A stretch of DNA of 64,000 nt from an uncultured Bacteroidales bacterium. GTDB taxonomy: Bacteria > Bacteroidota > Bacteroidia > Bacteroidales > VadinHA17. Location of the stretch: assembly GCA_963741935.1 (NCBI GenBank), contig CAVUJY010000009.1, forward strand, positions 18,466-82,465, read 5' to 3'. How positions within the stretch are numbered: position 1 is the first letter of the stretch; every line of letters starts with the position of its first letter. The position numbers were made by a program, and so were the translations under genes. Below the pieces are notes generated by a model. That model saw only the letters and a list, made by a program, of their open reading frames with translations. It searched no databases and was not told where the DNA came from. Shown in pieces: positions 21,473-34,191 of this stretch.

Positions 21473-23088
21473 GTGCCGGTAGATTTTGAATTTTAGTTTT
21501 TTTGGTACGAAGAAAGATTATTGGAATTCCACCAACCAGTGTTATTATTCCAGCAATAAGAAAATCATCATCAATACCTTGTATATAAGCTTGTTTAACG
21601 AGATTCGAATAAATTAATGCCTGACCTTGTCGTATTGAATTTGAAGGTGAGCTTCCTGCCTGATGCTGAAGATGATATTTTGTTTTTTTAAGGCTCTGCT
21701 GATACATTTCTGAACCTGGTTTTATTGCACCGCCAAAGACCTGGGAATGAAAATTAACACGTGTAGTCAGCAAAGTGGCTAACAGAGCTACACCCAGACT
21801 GCCTCCAAGCTGCCTGATTGAGTTGGTGATAGCTGAAGCCTGTGCCATCTTGTCTCTTGGTATTTCCGACAGAGATACGGTTGACAGAGCAGTGAACATA
21901 AGGCCCATGGCAACTCCCCTTATGTATAAAGACAACATTATGAAATTAAGCTCAGTAAGCCATGAAAGCTGAGAATTGAGCCAGAAACTCCATGCAAACA
22001 ATATAACTCCGATAAAAAGCGGAATTTTGGGATTTAGCTTATCTGAAATCCTTCCTGATATAGGTGCCATTATACCCTGAATTATTCCCATTGGCAGAAA
22101 AACCGAACCAGCCTGAAGAGCTGTATATCCGAGAGAATTTTGCAGGTATATTGGCAACAGGAATGTACTTCCAAACATTCCCAGACTGAATATTAAAAGA
22201 ATAAGATTAGCGATACCAAAATTGCGGTACTTAAGCAGCCTCAGATCAAGCAGAGGCTCCTTAACAGTCATTTCAGCCGTAAGGAATACCACAAAGGCTA
22301 TAAGGGCAATGGCTCCATATCCAAGAATAAAAGGAGCACGCCAGCCTTCGGAATTAGTGGCAGCGTTTCCCTGAGAAAGAATGTAAAGGGTTAAAGGAAG
22401 AAAAATGGTTACCGATATAAATCCTACAATATCGAATTTCCGGGTTTTCAGGTTTTTATATTCACTCTGGATAACTATCGTAAACAACATTGCCAAAATT
22501 CCGACAGGTATATTAACATCAAAAATCAGCGGCCAGCTAAAACGATCGATAAGAAAACCGCCGATCAGTGGTCCGAACGAAACTGAGGCTGCTGCCGCAA
22601 TACCCCAGAATCCCAGAGCCAGTCCCCGCTGACTGGGAGGAAATTCACGTGTGATGATTGCCATACCCAGAGGCTGAATAGTGCCAGCTCCAAAGCCCTG
22701 AATGACCCTCGACAGAATAAGCATGTTCTCATCTGATGACCTGCCGCATAGCATTGAACCCAAGGGTAAATAGAAATAATCCAATAAAATATAATTTTTT
22801 ATAACCAAACTTGTCAGCAAGCCATCCTGAAGTCGGAAGAGAAACAGCCATTGCCAGCATATAGGCGGTTACTACCCATTCAATCTTATCAAGACTCACC
22901 CCAAAAGATGCCATGATTTTTGGCAAACCAACATTTACAATAGTTGCATCAAGAACTGCCATAAAAGTTCCGAGCATAATATTGGCAAGCAAAAACCACT
23001 TGTAGGATGTATGCTTAGGATGAAAAGCATTGTTGCTTTTCCTGACCAGTTTTCGTATTCGGTGGGAGGGTGTTCTGCGTTTTTCCAT
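21465..23088 (-). CDS. DHA2/EmrB MFS efflux permease (frameshifted)
   Basis: GTFMAVLDATIVNV, WVVTAYML, GPLIGG, RQLGGSLG. Confidence 0.92.
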
Positions 23089-23090
23089 CC

Positions 23091-24098
23091 CTATTTTTTA
23101 ATTACCTTAACAATAGCTGACATCCCTGATAAGATATTCAATGATGACAGATCCTTGCCACTGTCAGTATTATCGATTGATATTCTGATTGGAATACGCT
23201 GTGTTACCTTTGTGAAATTTCCTGAAGCATTATTTGCCGGTATAAGAGAAAATACTGAGGCTGTACTTGTACCTACCATATATACTTTACCATTAAATTT
23301 CTCATCAGGAAAAGCATCTATAGTAAATTTCACATTCTGTCCATTCCTTATCTCAGCAATATTGGTTTCTTCCATATAGGCCACTACCCAGAGATCTTTG
23401 TTTATTGTCATTGTGAAAACCGATTGGCTGGGCTGAACAACATCACCTGGAAGAAGCCATCTTTTTGAGATAACTCCATCAGCAGGTGCAAATAGCCGGG
23501 TATTATGCAATTGAGTATCAGCAGTGTTAACCTGGGCATTTGCAGTTCCTACTGCAGCAGATGCAGTTGATATCATCGATTTTGAAACCAACAACTGAGC
23601 TTTTGCAGCATCAAGCTGGGCAGAGGCTGTCTCGAATGCTTTTTTTGAATGATCAAATTGTTCAGGAGTGATAACTCCTCCTTCAACCTGGCTTTTTGCC
23701 CTTGTAAAATCATCATTGGCTTTGTCGAGATTGATTTCCAGTATCCTGATACTTTTTTGATCCGATTTATATTTAAGTTCTGATTGTTCCAGGCTGGCCT
23801 TAGCCTGTGCTCTTAAAGCAACAGATTGATTTCTCTGGGCATTTAAATCCGAACTGTCAAGAACAGCCAGAAGAGTTCCCTGTTTAACAATATCTCCTTC
23901 ATTTGCATATACTGCTGAGATCCTCCCAAGTATCTTTGATCCGACGTTAACAATTTCGGCATCTACATGAGCGTCATCTGTGGTTATATACCTGGCATAA
24001 TCTCTGTACCAATACCAGGCACCTGCAAGTACAATTAAAATAACAAATGCCAGTGGAATATAAATTCTCAGTCGGTTTTTACCTGATTCCTGTTTCAT
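23091..24098 (-). CDS. HlyD/EmrA membrane fusion protein
   Basis: TTDDAHV, FSLIPANNASGNFTKVTQRIPIRI. Confidence 0.94.
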   Translation of the reverse strand: MKQESGKNRLRIYIPLAFVILIVLAGAWYWYRDYARYITTDDAHVDAEIVNVGSKILGRISAVYANEGDIVKQGTLLAVLDSSDLNAQRNQSVALRAQAKASLEQSELKYKSDQKSIRILEINLDKANDDFTRAKSQVEGGVITPEQFDHSKKAFETASAQLDAAKAQLLVSKSMISTASAAVGTANAQVNTADTQLHNTRLFAPADGVISKRWLLPGDVVQPSQSVFTMTINKDLWVVAYMEETNIAEIRNGQNVKFTIDAFPDEKFNGKVYMVGTSTASVFSLIPANNASGNFTKVTQRIPIRISIDNTDSGKDLSSLNILSGMSAIVKVIKK

Positions 24099-24141
24099 AA
24101 AGCTATGCTTGTTTTATTTAAATAAATTAATATTCAATATC

Positions 24142-24772
24142 TTAGTTTACACTAATCTTCAAACCATTTACAAATATTCTTGTAAAAAGTGTAGTATTCT
24201 TTAGCAGTAATTCAAATTCGGCCTCTTCAATGGTAAGTGTCTTCTTATTATGTACAACTGAGACTCTCAAGCCCTTCAGAAGATCAAGAAACAGTTCTGC
24301 AGTCTCATCTGTATCCTGAATCTTAAATATTCCTTCAGCATTTCCTTTATCGAAAATGTTTCTTATGATTTCCTTTTCCTTTTCCTTAAAAGCAATAATC
24401 GTATCAAGAAATACTGGTTTCAGATCAGAATAAGCTTCCAGCCTTAAGTCTGCTTAAATTCAGGAGAGATCTGAAATAAGTCAGACGTGCTTTAACATAT
24501 TCAGTCAGTGACCCCTCCGGATCATGAATACTGACAATTCTTTTATTTATTTTTTCAATGAATTCTGCCTGCTCTTTCTCAACAACAGCTCTGTAAAGAC
24601 TCACTTTATCAGGAAAATAGTAATAAAGAGATGCCTTTGAAAGCCTAAGTTCATCCGCAATTTCCTGCATTGAAATCCGCTCCACACCATGTAATCCAAA
24701 GAGTTTCTGTGCAACCAGGATTATCTGGGACATTCTTTCAATACGGTCAATTGTTTCTTCTGATTTTTTCAT
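24142..24772 (-). CDS. TetR/AcrR family regulator (frameshifted)
   Basis: HTH SMQEIADELRLSKASLYYYFPDK. The C-terminal domain continues in a shifted frame to TAA 24142. Confidence 0.9.
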
Positions 24773-24785
24773 TTTAAAAAAGATG

Positions 24786-24827
24786 CAAATATAATAATCA
24801 GACTGACTAAATTGTTTAAATGGTCAG
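24786..24827 (-). promoter_or_regulatory. promoter and probable TetR operator
   Basis: -7 box TATATTTG (24786-24793, minus strand). CTGAC-N15-GTCAG inverted repeat at 24803-24827. Confidence 0.5.
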
Positions 24828-24901
24828 ATAAAATTTTAAAATTTATTTTTTGGATTATTTCAAGTGATATTAGCTGATAGATATTTTTTCAGAGCGACTT
24901 G

Positions 24902-25016
24902 CCCGGCTGATTCTTTTCAGACGGGATCACAAAGGAGATACGCAAAGTTCGCAAAGCCCTAAATATGAAAGTTTTATCTTTGTGTTCTTTGCATCGACTT
25001 TGCGCACTTTGCGGTT
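24902..25016. repeat. palindromic intergenic repeat element
   Basis: Hairpin CCCGGCTGA/TCAGACGGG, then 3x CAAAG (24930-24956) facing 4x CTTTG (24978-25011). Confidence 0.55.
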
Positions 25017-25165
25017 AATAAAGATTTTTGAGACACATCCAGCTTAATCTTAGTTCATTATGGCTTTATTCCAAAACCTTAGTTTTTATAAATACATTAT
25101 ATGCCTGCATTTCCAAAAGTTTAGTAGTTTTATTTCTCATTCCTGTACAAATTAAAAATTATTAA

Positions 25166-26522
25166 ATGAAGATTATTATCAGGCTTATTCTAGTCTCAAT
25201 TATGCTTATCAGAATGTCGGCAGCTGACGGACAATTGATTGCCGAAAGGCAATGGCCGGTATATCGGGGCTATCTGTCTTCCGGAGTTTTAGACAATGCT
25301 GATCTGCCGGAAAGTTTCAACTTAGATAAGATGATCAATATCCGATGGAGGACAGAGATTCCGGGACTGGGTTTATCCAGCCCGGTTATTTGGGGTGACA
25401 GACTATTTATTACTACAGCAGTAAGCAAATTTGATAATTCGGGAATATTAACTGGAATTTATGGCGATGGAATGCCGGTTGCAGACAGTTCTGTTCATGA
25501 CTGGAAGGTAATATGCATAGATAAAAATTCAGGAAAAATTCTCTGGGACAGAGTTGCTTATACAGGAATTCCAAAGGTGAAGCGTCATCCGAAATCGACC
25601 CATGCAAATGCTTCTGTTGCTACCAATGGAAGTTATGTGGTTGCCTTTTTTGGATCAGAAGGATTGTATTGCTACGACTTTAACGGAAACTCATATGGAA
25701 AAAAGACTTTGGAATCTTAAAGTCAGTAGCATTTGATTATCCTGCAGCAGAATGGGAATTTGCCAGTTCTCCTGTTATATATAATGATGTGCTCATTATT
25801 CAGTGTGATGTACTTGAAAACTCATTTCTTGCAGCTTATGATATTAAGACAGGTAAAGAGTTATGGAAGACAGACAGGGATGAATACCCTGGATGGTGTA
25901 CTCCCAATATATATACAAATAATGGCAAAGCCATATGTTGCCCTTAATGGATATAAAAACAGGGGAGGATATGATCTTGAAACAGGCAAGGAGGTATGGA
26001 CAATGGCCGGTGGTGGTGACATACAGATTCCCACACCAATCAACGGAAACAACCTGATATATTTTAACAGCGCTCATGGGAGAAACTCTCCCATAATTGC
26101 AGTAAAAACCAGTGCAGCAGGGGATATAACCCTGAATGACAAGGAAACCTCAAATGAGTATATTCAATGGAGTCTTCCCCGTGGAGGTTCATATATGCAT
26201 ACAATGCTTCTTTATAATAATCACCTTTATAATGTTAACTGGAATGGAACCGTATGTATGTCTGGATCCAACTACAGGAAAAGTGATATATAATGCAAAG
26301 TTGGGTAAAACTAAAAGCTTCATCGCATCTCCGGTCGCTTCCGATGGTAAAATCTATATAATAGATGAAGAAGGTACCGTTTATATAATTAAGGACGGGG
26401 ACAGCTTTAAACAGATTGCTGAAATTCCTCTTAATGATGTATCATTGACAGCACCTGCAATTACAGATGGTATGATTTATTTCAGAACGCAAAAGTATCT
26501 TATTGCCGCAGGAAAGAATTAA
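25166..26522 (+). CDS. secreted PQQ-like (BamB-type) beta-propeller protein (frameshifted)
   Basis: Signal peptide, WPVYRG, GLSSPVIWGDRLF, ASPVASDGKIY repeats. Confidence 0.85.
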
Positions 26523-26530
26523 GTTAATGC

Positions 26531-29500
26531 CTATTCCTTTTTCAGTCCGGTAATCAGTGAATCTTTGGTAACAACACGGACCGACAAAAACAGGGTGATC
26601 AAACCTGTAACAATTATCGCTATAATCATAAGACCCAGCATTAGCCAGGGAATATCAGGATTTTTGGTTATTGAGGGCAGTGTAGCAACTATTGCTGAAA
26701 TTACTCCCGAAGTAATACCTGCAAATAGAATAAAAATCTGCTCTGAAATGATTTCTTTTCTGATCTTCTTAATTGTAAACCCGGTAGCTATCATTAGAGC
26801 AAATTCACGCTTTCTGAAGTTGTAGTTTCTCAGCAAAACAAACCCAAGTCCTGCAATTCCTATGATCATACCGAATGCCCCAAAGACTCCAAATACCGAC
26901 AGATATGTATTTGTAACCTCATAGAACGCAGCAAGCCTGTCATTTGTCCGGCTGATATTAATCCCATAGTTACTGAATCTTTCATTAAGTGTGCTTTCGT
27001 AGAGCTTAGTTGAATCAGGTCTCCCATCAACAAGCATTACGTTTGTACCTGAGACAGAAGGAAAATATTTCGTAAAGTTTTCAAGACCTGTAAGCACATA
27101 TCCCTGAAAGACAGAAGATTTTAATCCTGCAGCCAGGATTATTTTCAAGGGCTGTCCGTTTTCAGATCGCATTACCAGAGTGTCACCCGTTTTTAATTTT
27201 AATCCCCACTCAAGTACAGTCTGATCGGCGATTCCGTAAATAACATTATTCTTTGCCGGAACATCTAAGTATTGCCATGGATCGCTAAATTTCTTATTCT
27301 CTAATGAGTTTGCAAAGGAGAATGATTTTTTTGCAATAAAATCCCCTGGATCTATTCCAAGAAGGGGTGGGGCTGTTATGTGGTTCAGATTAAGACAGCT
27401 TGCATCATTACCCGAATAGCTCTTTGCCTGTACAAAGGATATCCCATCAAGTTCTTTATCATCCAGACCTGCAGATATCTTTCCTGACATAGTATTAAGA
27501 TCCTCTTTAACCGGAATTGCTGTTTGGCACCATAAAAGGTAACCTCCGGTACCACCTGACCGCTTCAGATGAACATCGCTAAAATTAATTCTGTTGGCTC
27601 CGGTAATAAAAACAGCAAATATCCCTGCAGCAATAAACAGGATGGGAGTTACAGCATGTGAAGGATAAAAAGAGTAATAAAGCCTTGATAATCTGTGCTT
27701 GTTTTTAACATATTTCTCATTTTCATCTTCAGAAGCTATCAGGTACTGACGCCAGAAGAGAAGGAATGCTGCCAATAAAAATGCTCCGGAACCAAAGCTA
27801 AGAGAGGTTGCCATATTATTTAGAAGAAAACTGCTTAATAACAGTGCGGTAGCGGCAAAAAATGTCAGAATCAGAAAAATTAAGTTACGTTTTGGTGAAT
27901 GACTAACAGGGATCTCTTTTTCTCTCAGGTTAAGACTTTTTATATATCTTTTGACTTTTACCAGCATGAAGATCACTGTTATAAGAAAAGTTATAACAAA
28001 TCCTGTTAATACCGGGAGAAGATCAAAGTAAGCAATCAGTGTATCGGTCTGCACGGCACCCTTCCAAACTGAATTTAATGCTATTGTTATCAGGACATTA
28101 ACAAAAAAACCGGCAAGAGCACCAACGATACAACCGATAAGGCTTATAAATCCGGTTTCCGACAAAAGAAGACCGGAAATCCATCTGCTTTTAAAGCCAA
28201 GTGCGAAGAAAGTACTAATCTGACCTTTTTTAGTGTCAAAATAAGAGGTTACTGCAAAGGAAAGAAGAACAATTGAAGCTAAAATCAGGAAAAAGCCAAG
28301 CGACAGGAAGAGTGTACTGAAATCTACACTTTCATCTGCTGCCTTAATTGATTCTTTGTATATATTGTTAATTACAAAGCCTACTCCTGAAGGATTAAAA
28401 GCCCCGCCGAGTTTTTCTGCAATCTCCTCTTTTTTAATACCTGGCTGAAATCTTATTGCTGTAGCCGGACCAAAATTATTACCCCAGAGCTTTTTACCTT
28501 CATCATAATTGATAAAAGCTTTTGGCGTTCCTTTATACTTATTCCAGTAATCCTCATCCTTCTGTGCGTATTTCATTTGTTTTAATCGGAACACCTGCAT
28601 CCCAGTCAGAACATGATTCACTGCCTGATATGCCCGGAAATTGAGGCATAAGCAGCGAATCGGCCCATATACCTGTTATAGGGACAATTCGTTTTATGAT
28701 AAACTTAGTGCTCTTTTCAAGGAGGTGGCTAAGTGAATCCGGCGCATACCAGGTCATTTTCAGAGTATCACCAACACTGGCTGAAAGGTCTTCAGCCATC
28801 CAGCTGTTAATTATTATTTCATTATCCCTTCCAATTTCAGGATAGATTGATGAAGGTAATGCTGATATGAAGGAGTAGGGTGTGGATTTGTTCCCTGATC
28901 TGAAACTGTTTCCAAGATAGGTAATGACAGGAGCCGATGACGGAATTGCTTTCCTTATCTCATCAATTAATTCATTGTCAAGAAATATCCTGTCAGAGAT
29001 AATTTCATAACCACCAGACTTACCATCAGACCTTAATGTTAATCCAATATCCTGCGGTTTCAATATCTTCCTGAGATCGCTAAATATCGCATCAGAAGAA
29101 ATATCTGATCTGTCATCTACAAGCAACCTGTTTATAAGCTTGCCTTTAGAGGTGCCTTCATAAAGATCTGACAGATTAATGAATATATTCATTGGCATTA
29201 TCTGGCTTATTGCCAGAGAAAAGTCACCACTATTTCCAACGTCAATAATCCGGCTAACCTTCATAACTATTGACTTTGAGTTTTCATCGGAAGGTGCAAA
29301 AGGAGCATCAGCAGGTATTTCGGATATTGCTTTATACCGTATAACTATTTCATCTCCTGTAGCTACACCAAGGTAATCAGCGAGACGCCTGTTTACAGCA
29401 ACATGTCCTTTGGCTATATTTACTGAGTCGGAACCGTTAAACGAGAAGAAATTTCCTGTAATGCCAATAATATTGGTATTGAAAGCTCCCTTTTGGGATG

Positions 29501-29799
29501 TCAGGTTTTGACTGTAATCCTGTAAGAGAGAGTATCCCGGTACACTTAGCACCGGTCAATTCACTTAACCTGTTAACCAGTGACAGATCGAAGTACCTGA
29601 CACCGGAACTGATTACTATGCCTGTGTTCCCAAGTTTTTCGGATGCTGTATGCTTCAGGCTTGACCTTACTGATCTGCCTGTTAGCAACGAGCCTGTAAT
29701 AACTGCTGAAAGTAAGGCAATTATAGCTATCTGGTAAAAAACAGGCTTTTTGTAATATCTTACAGAACGAAGTACTAACCTTAATTTTCCTGGTACCAT
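26531..29799 (-). CDS. large FtsX/MacB-type ABC transporter permease (~1090 aa, frameshifted)
   Basis: Two FtsX-like C-terminal TM blocks (RKREFALMIATGF) and large periplasmic domains. Lies next to a LolD-like ATPase. Confidence 0.85.
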
Positions 29800-30487
29800 A
29801 ACTTATTTGGTGCTTTTGGATCCCATCAACAAGTCTGCCTTCCTCAAGGATCTTTATTACAGACATTTTTTTAGCCAAATCATAGGAATGAGTGGCCAGA
29901 AGTACTGTTATACCAAACTCCCTGTTCATTCTCAGCAGAAGCTCTCCCATAATTTCGCTGTTTTTAGAATCAAGTGATCCGGTTGGTTCATCAGCGAGCA
30001 GGATAGAGGGATTATTAACCAGAGACCTTACAAGCGCTGCCCTCTGTGCTTCCCCTCCAGATATTTGTGACGGAAATCTGGAAGCAAGATCAATAATACC
30101 CGTTGCGTCCATCAGGTTAAGAACGTTTTTCTCTTTTTCTAAAAGCTCATCAGGCGGATAGTCAGAAGCCAGAAGCGGCAGGTGAATATTCTCTGAAATT
30201 GTAAGATGGGGCAGTAATAAATGGTCCTGGAAAACAAAACCAATATTTTTGTTCCGGTAGGCAGCTGCCTGGTCATCAGTATAGCCTGATATTGAGGTTC
30301 CTTTAAATATCACATCCCCGCTATCAGGTTTATCGAGCAATCCGATAATGTTCATCAGGGTAGTTTTTCCGGAACCTGATGGTCCCATTATTGCAACCGA
30401 ATCACCTTCTTTAACATCCAGGGTAAGATTATCAAGAACCAGCCCCCGCTGTGAAAATGCTTTTGATATGTTAATTATTGAAAGCAT
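29800..30487 (-). CDS. LolD-like ABC transporter ATP-binding protein
   Basis: GPSGSGKTT, ISGGEAQR, LLADEPTGSLD, ATH. The ORF read-through to 29573 is probably a frameshift artefact, so the 3' end is approximate. Confidence 0.92.
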
Positions 30488-30568
30488 ATTAATATAACTT
30501 ATGTTGTAACTTTTATTTTCTGAAATAGCTTAACTGCTAATATACTGACAGATAGTAGTAAAAACAAA

Positions 30569-31873
30569 TTAATCTTTTAATACCTTTCTGTAAACCTTAG
30601 TATAAACTCTGCTCTGCTGACATTTTTTCCAAAGAAAAATCTCTGAAAACTTTCTCCTTACCTTCTGATCCAAGTTTCAACCGCTTTTTATTGTCTTTCA
30701 GTAACTTTAGTATTGATGCCGATAACTCATTAACCGTATCGGGAGTATATGTTATTCCTCCGCCTGTCCGTGCCAGTATTTCTTTAAATGCACCTGTCTC
30801 AGGCTGAACCACAGGTACCCCGGTAGCATTTGCTTCCAGTATATATAAGCCATAACCGTCATGTTTGTTCACTGGCACACTCATCACATCGATGTTGCTA
30901 AAAAACTCTCCCTTGCTGTTGAAATGAAATTCAGGGTATATTTTTATAAATGATTTAAGTCCGGCTGCCTTAATTTTCTTAATCTGCTCCGATATGAATG
31001 GTTTATCATCACCTGTATAACCACCTGAAACATGTAGAGTTAATCCTGGCAAGTCGTTCCCTGCCTTAAGATCGATGAAAGCATCGACGAGCTTGTCAAA
31101 TCCGTTTTGATAATTAACGCGTGAAAAGTAACCGATAGCCGGATAATTATCTTTTTTAGGAAGAATATTGACATCCCTGAAATCCAGTGCCAATGGAATT
31201 ACGTGAAAATTTCTGTCGGCAATACCTGTTTTTGAAATAAACAATTCTTTAAAGTAATGACTGGGAGTAAGGAAAGCATCAACGTTATCTGCCTCATTAG
31301 CTATTGATTTCCATGCTTTTGACTGGTAAGGTTCGACCATTTCATCAATCCAGTCATCTTCATTTAACAGTGAACATACGATTTTAACATCCATCTCATT
31401 CTTAAGCTGACGGGCCAGTCCTATTATAAGAGAATTGGAGAGATGGATGATATCAGGTTTGCCGTCTTCCATAAGGTGCTTTACAAGCCTTTTAAGCTCT
31501 TTTTCAGGAAAAGCGTTATCTCCTTTGATCATATCAAGAGTCATGTCTTCCAGTCCCTCTGTACGGGTTGTGCCGGCTCTTTTAGCTGCCATCTTCAATA
31601 AAGGTGTTGAATCGAAGAATTTTTCAAGAAAAGAAGGCATTTTTCTGAACAAGGGGACTTTCTCCCTCAGATACATCGAGATTGCGCCAAAAAAAACATT
31701 TTTATCCAGACCCGATTCATCAGTGTCATCATCAGGGGGAAGATACAGGGAATAGCAGCTGAAGCGTTAATTCCCTGAACTTTTCGTATTGCTCTGAGGT
31801 AAATCATATCGCGGTAACAATTTCCGCAATAGAACGAGCCTCCGGAACCAGTTATGAGGTATACTATTTTCAT
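30569..31873 (-). CDS. glycosyltransferase family 4 with N-terminal CxxC (frameshifted)
   Basis: GSFYCGNCYRD N-terminus. GT-B C-domain DGYGLYILEANATGVPVV. Confidence 0.85.
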
Positions 31874-31955
31874 ATTGACATATTTCAGTTCAGGTGTGTG
31901 GTCTTAATGATTCATCCACAAAATTTAAAAAACTAATCCAGTGTAACGTCGAGTT

Positions 31956-33088
31956 TTATTTTGTATTCACATTTTTGTTTCCGAAAGCCAGTAATCTTCC
32001 GTCATCCGTGAGTATGTAAAATCTGTCTTTAATAACTGCAGGAGAACTACTGACCGGCACACCTGTATTGAAACTCCATAGCTTCTTCCCATCCTGCATT
32101 CCGAGAATATATACATTCCCGTCATTTCCTGTAAATAAAACTTTTGTGGAAGCAATAACAGCAGAACCTGTTATTTTGCCATTTGTTCTGTATTTCCAGA
32201 CGAAGTTTCCCGTCAGCTGAATTGAAGCAGTAGAGATTTTTATCCTCGCTGCCAATTATTATCGAGTTTTTTCCGATAGCAGGAATAGCCATAATCGCAG
32301 CTGATTGATCACCTGCAGATATTTCCCAGGTCATTTTTTTTGTAATGGTATTGAGAGCATATATGGTGCCATCATAATCACCAAAATATGCCATATGTTG
32401 ACATAAGGGCAGGAGAGGCTGCTATATATACTCCTATTTCAATTGAATCTTTCTGTACTCCTGTTAATGGATCAACAAAACGAATCATCCCGTCACAACC
32501 TCCGAAAACAATCTTTCCATTAAGAATTGCAGGTGTTCCGTTAACATAATTTTCGGTTTCAATTTTCCAGAGCGATTTGCCGTTTGCAGGATCAACACAA
32601 TGAAGATAATAATCATAGCTTCCGACAACAATTCCGGCTTTTTTACCAATACTCCATACATTTGCCGAGCCTGCAATCTGGTTATCCGTAGTATAAGACC
32701 ATAGAAGCTTTCCTGAATATTTGTCGACAGCCTTCAGAATACCCTCACTTGTACCAACAATAACTTTGTTTCCAAATACCATTGGAGCAGCATCAATAGA
32801 GCTTCCTGCCTCAAATTTCCATTTAATCTTGCCATCAGATGTAACCGCAATTAATGTTCCCTTATTATTTCCGAAATAAACAGTTCCCTCACTTATTACA
32901 GGAGATGACACTGTTCTTACACCTGTAGAAACACTCCATACAAGGCCTGGATCGGAGGGGAGATCGTAAACTGATTTGCCTGTCAGATCTGAACTGCCTC
33001 TGAAGAGAGGCCAGTCATTTTCACTCTGTTGAGCCAATGATTCAACGACGAATAAAAGGGAAAAAAGCACTGTAAGTAAAAATCTCAT
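31956..33088 (-). CDS. secreted PQQ-like beta-propeller protein (frameshifted)
   Basis: Signal peptide, WPLFRG, repeated SSPV/GK.LW motifs, GSYDYYLHC, GGCDG. Confidence 0.85.
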
Positions 33089-33098
33089 CTTATATAAA

Positions 33099-34191
33099 TT
33101 ATTTTACCCGGCTTAAAGCACCGGTTGGGCATATATCGATAACCATGCTGCTTTTTGTTTTAAGGATATCATCGAATTGCTCCGTTAGCGGTTCTGATAT
33201 TATACTGATAAACCCTCTGTTGATAAAACATAAAGACGGTTCATCAACTGAATTTTCACATACTCTTATGCAAAGACCGCACTTTATGCATTTGGCATGT
33301 TCAAATATCAGGCCGGTATTTAACATTTATTTTTTTTATGATAGGTGCAGTAACCAATTTTCCTCTTGGATCTTTTATGGATAATTCGTCCGCGAGGTCT
33401 CTGAGCCTGCAATCTGATGCAGCTCTGCAATCACAGTGCATACAGTTTTCTGCTTCGCTTCCGGCAGATGTGATATCTGTAATATCCCTGAATCGCACAT
33501 TATCACCTGTGCACTCCTTTAGCCATTCTTTCAATTCGGAATCTTCCAGTTTGCCTATTCGTGAAGTGAATCTTTTTGGGGTGACATTTCTTTGTGGCTT
33601 TTTCTCTGTAGAATCAACTTTTAAATCAGATTTTGCTTCTTCAATCTTTAAGGTGTTTTTACTATCTGCTGACTGATAAACAAATAGTTGAATATTACGG
33701 ATAGATACCGGAATATCTACTTTTTTCCTCCGGCATGCATTCTCACAGTACCCCGGACAGTTGATACATTGTAAATCCCCATTTTTCTGTTCTGCAATTG
33801 CTAAATTAACAGCAGATTTAATATCATGAGCCTGCAGGTATCTGTTCATCAAAGGAATATCATAACCGGCCGGACAGACTACTTTGCATGGAGCTTCACA
33901 TTCTGCGCGATGTTCCGATAATAAGAGTTCAATGGCTTTTTGCCTTATTTGAATAACATCTTCACCTGAGATATCCAGATCCATGCCTTCCTGAACCGCT
34001 ACTGAACATGACGGGATAAAATTATTTGATCTGTTATCCTTTACCATACAAACCATACAGGAAGAATAATGCGGCAAATTATCATTATGACAAAGTGTAG
34101 GTATATTATAACCGGCATTTCTTGCCACCTCAAGGATAGTAAGCCCTTCAGTAACCTCAAAATCACTATTATTGATCTTTAACTTAACCAT
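33099..34191 (-). CDS. NuoG/HydA N-terminal-like polyferredoxin lacking a catalytic domain (frameshifted)
   Basis: [2Fe-2S] IPTLCH..SSCMVC..C, HRAECEAPCKVVCP, CPGYCENACRR, CMHCDC..DC, CIKCGLCIRVC, ICPTGAL. Confidence 0.8.

Noticed and set aside
29573-29799. C-terminal extension of the ABC ATPase overlapping the permease
   Set aside because: Most likely a frameshift read-through. The region encodes the permease N-terminus in another frame.
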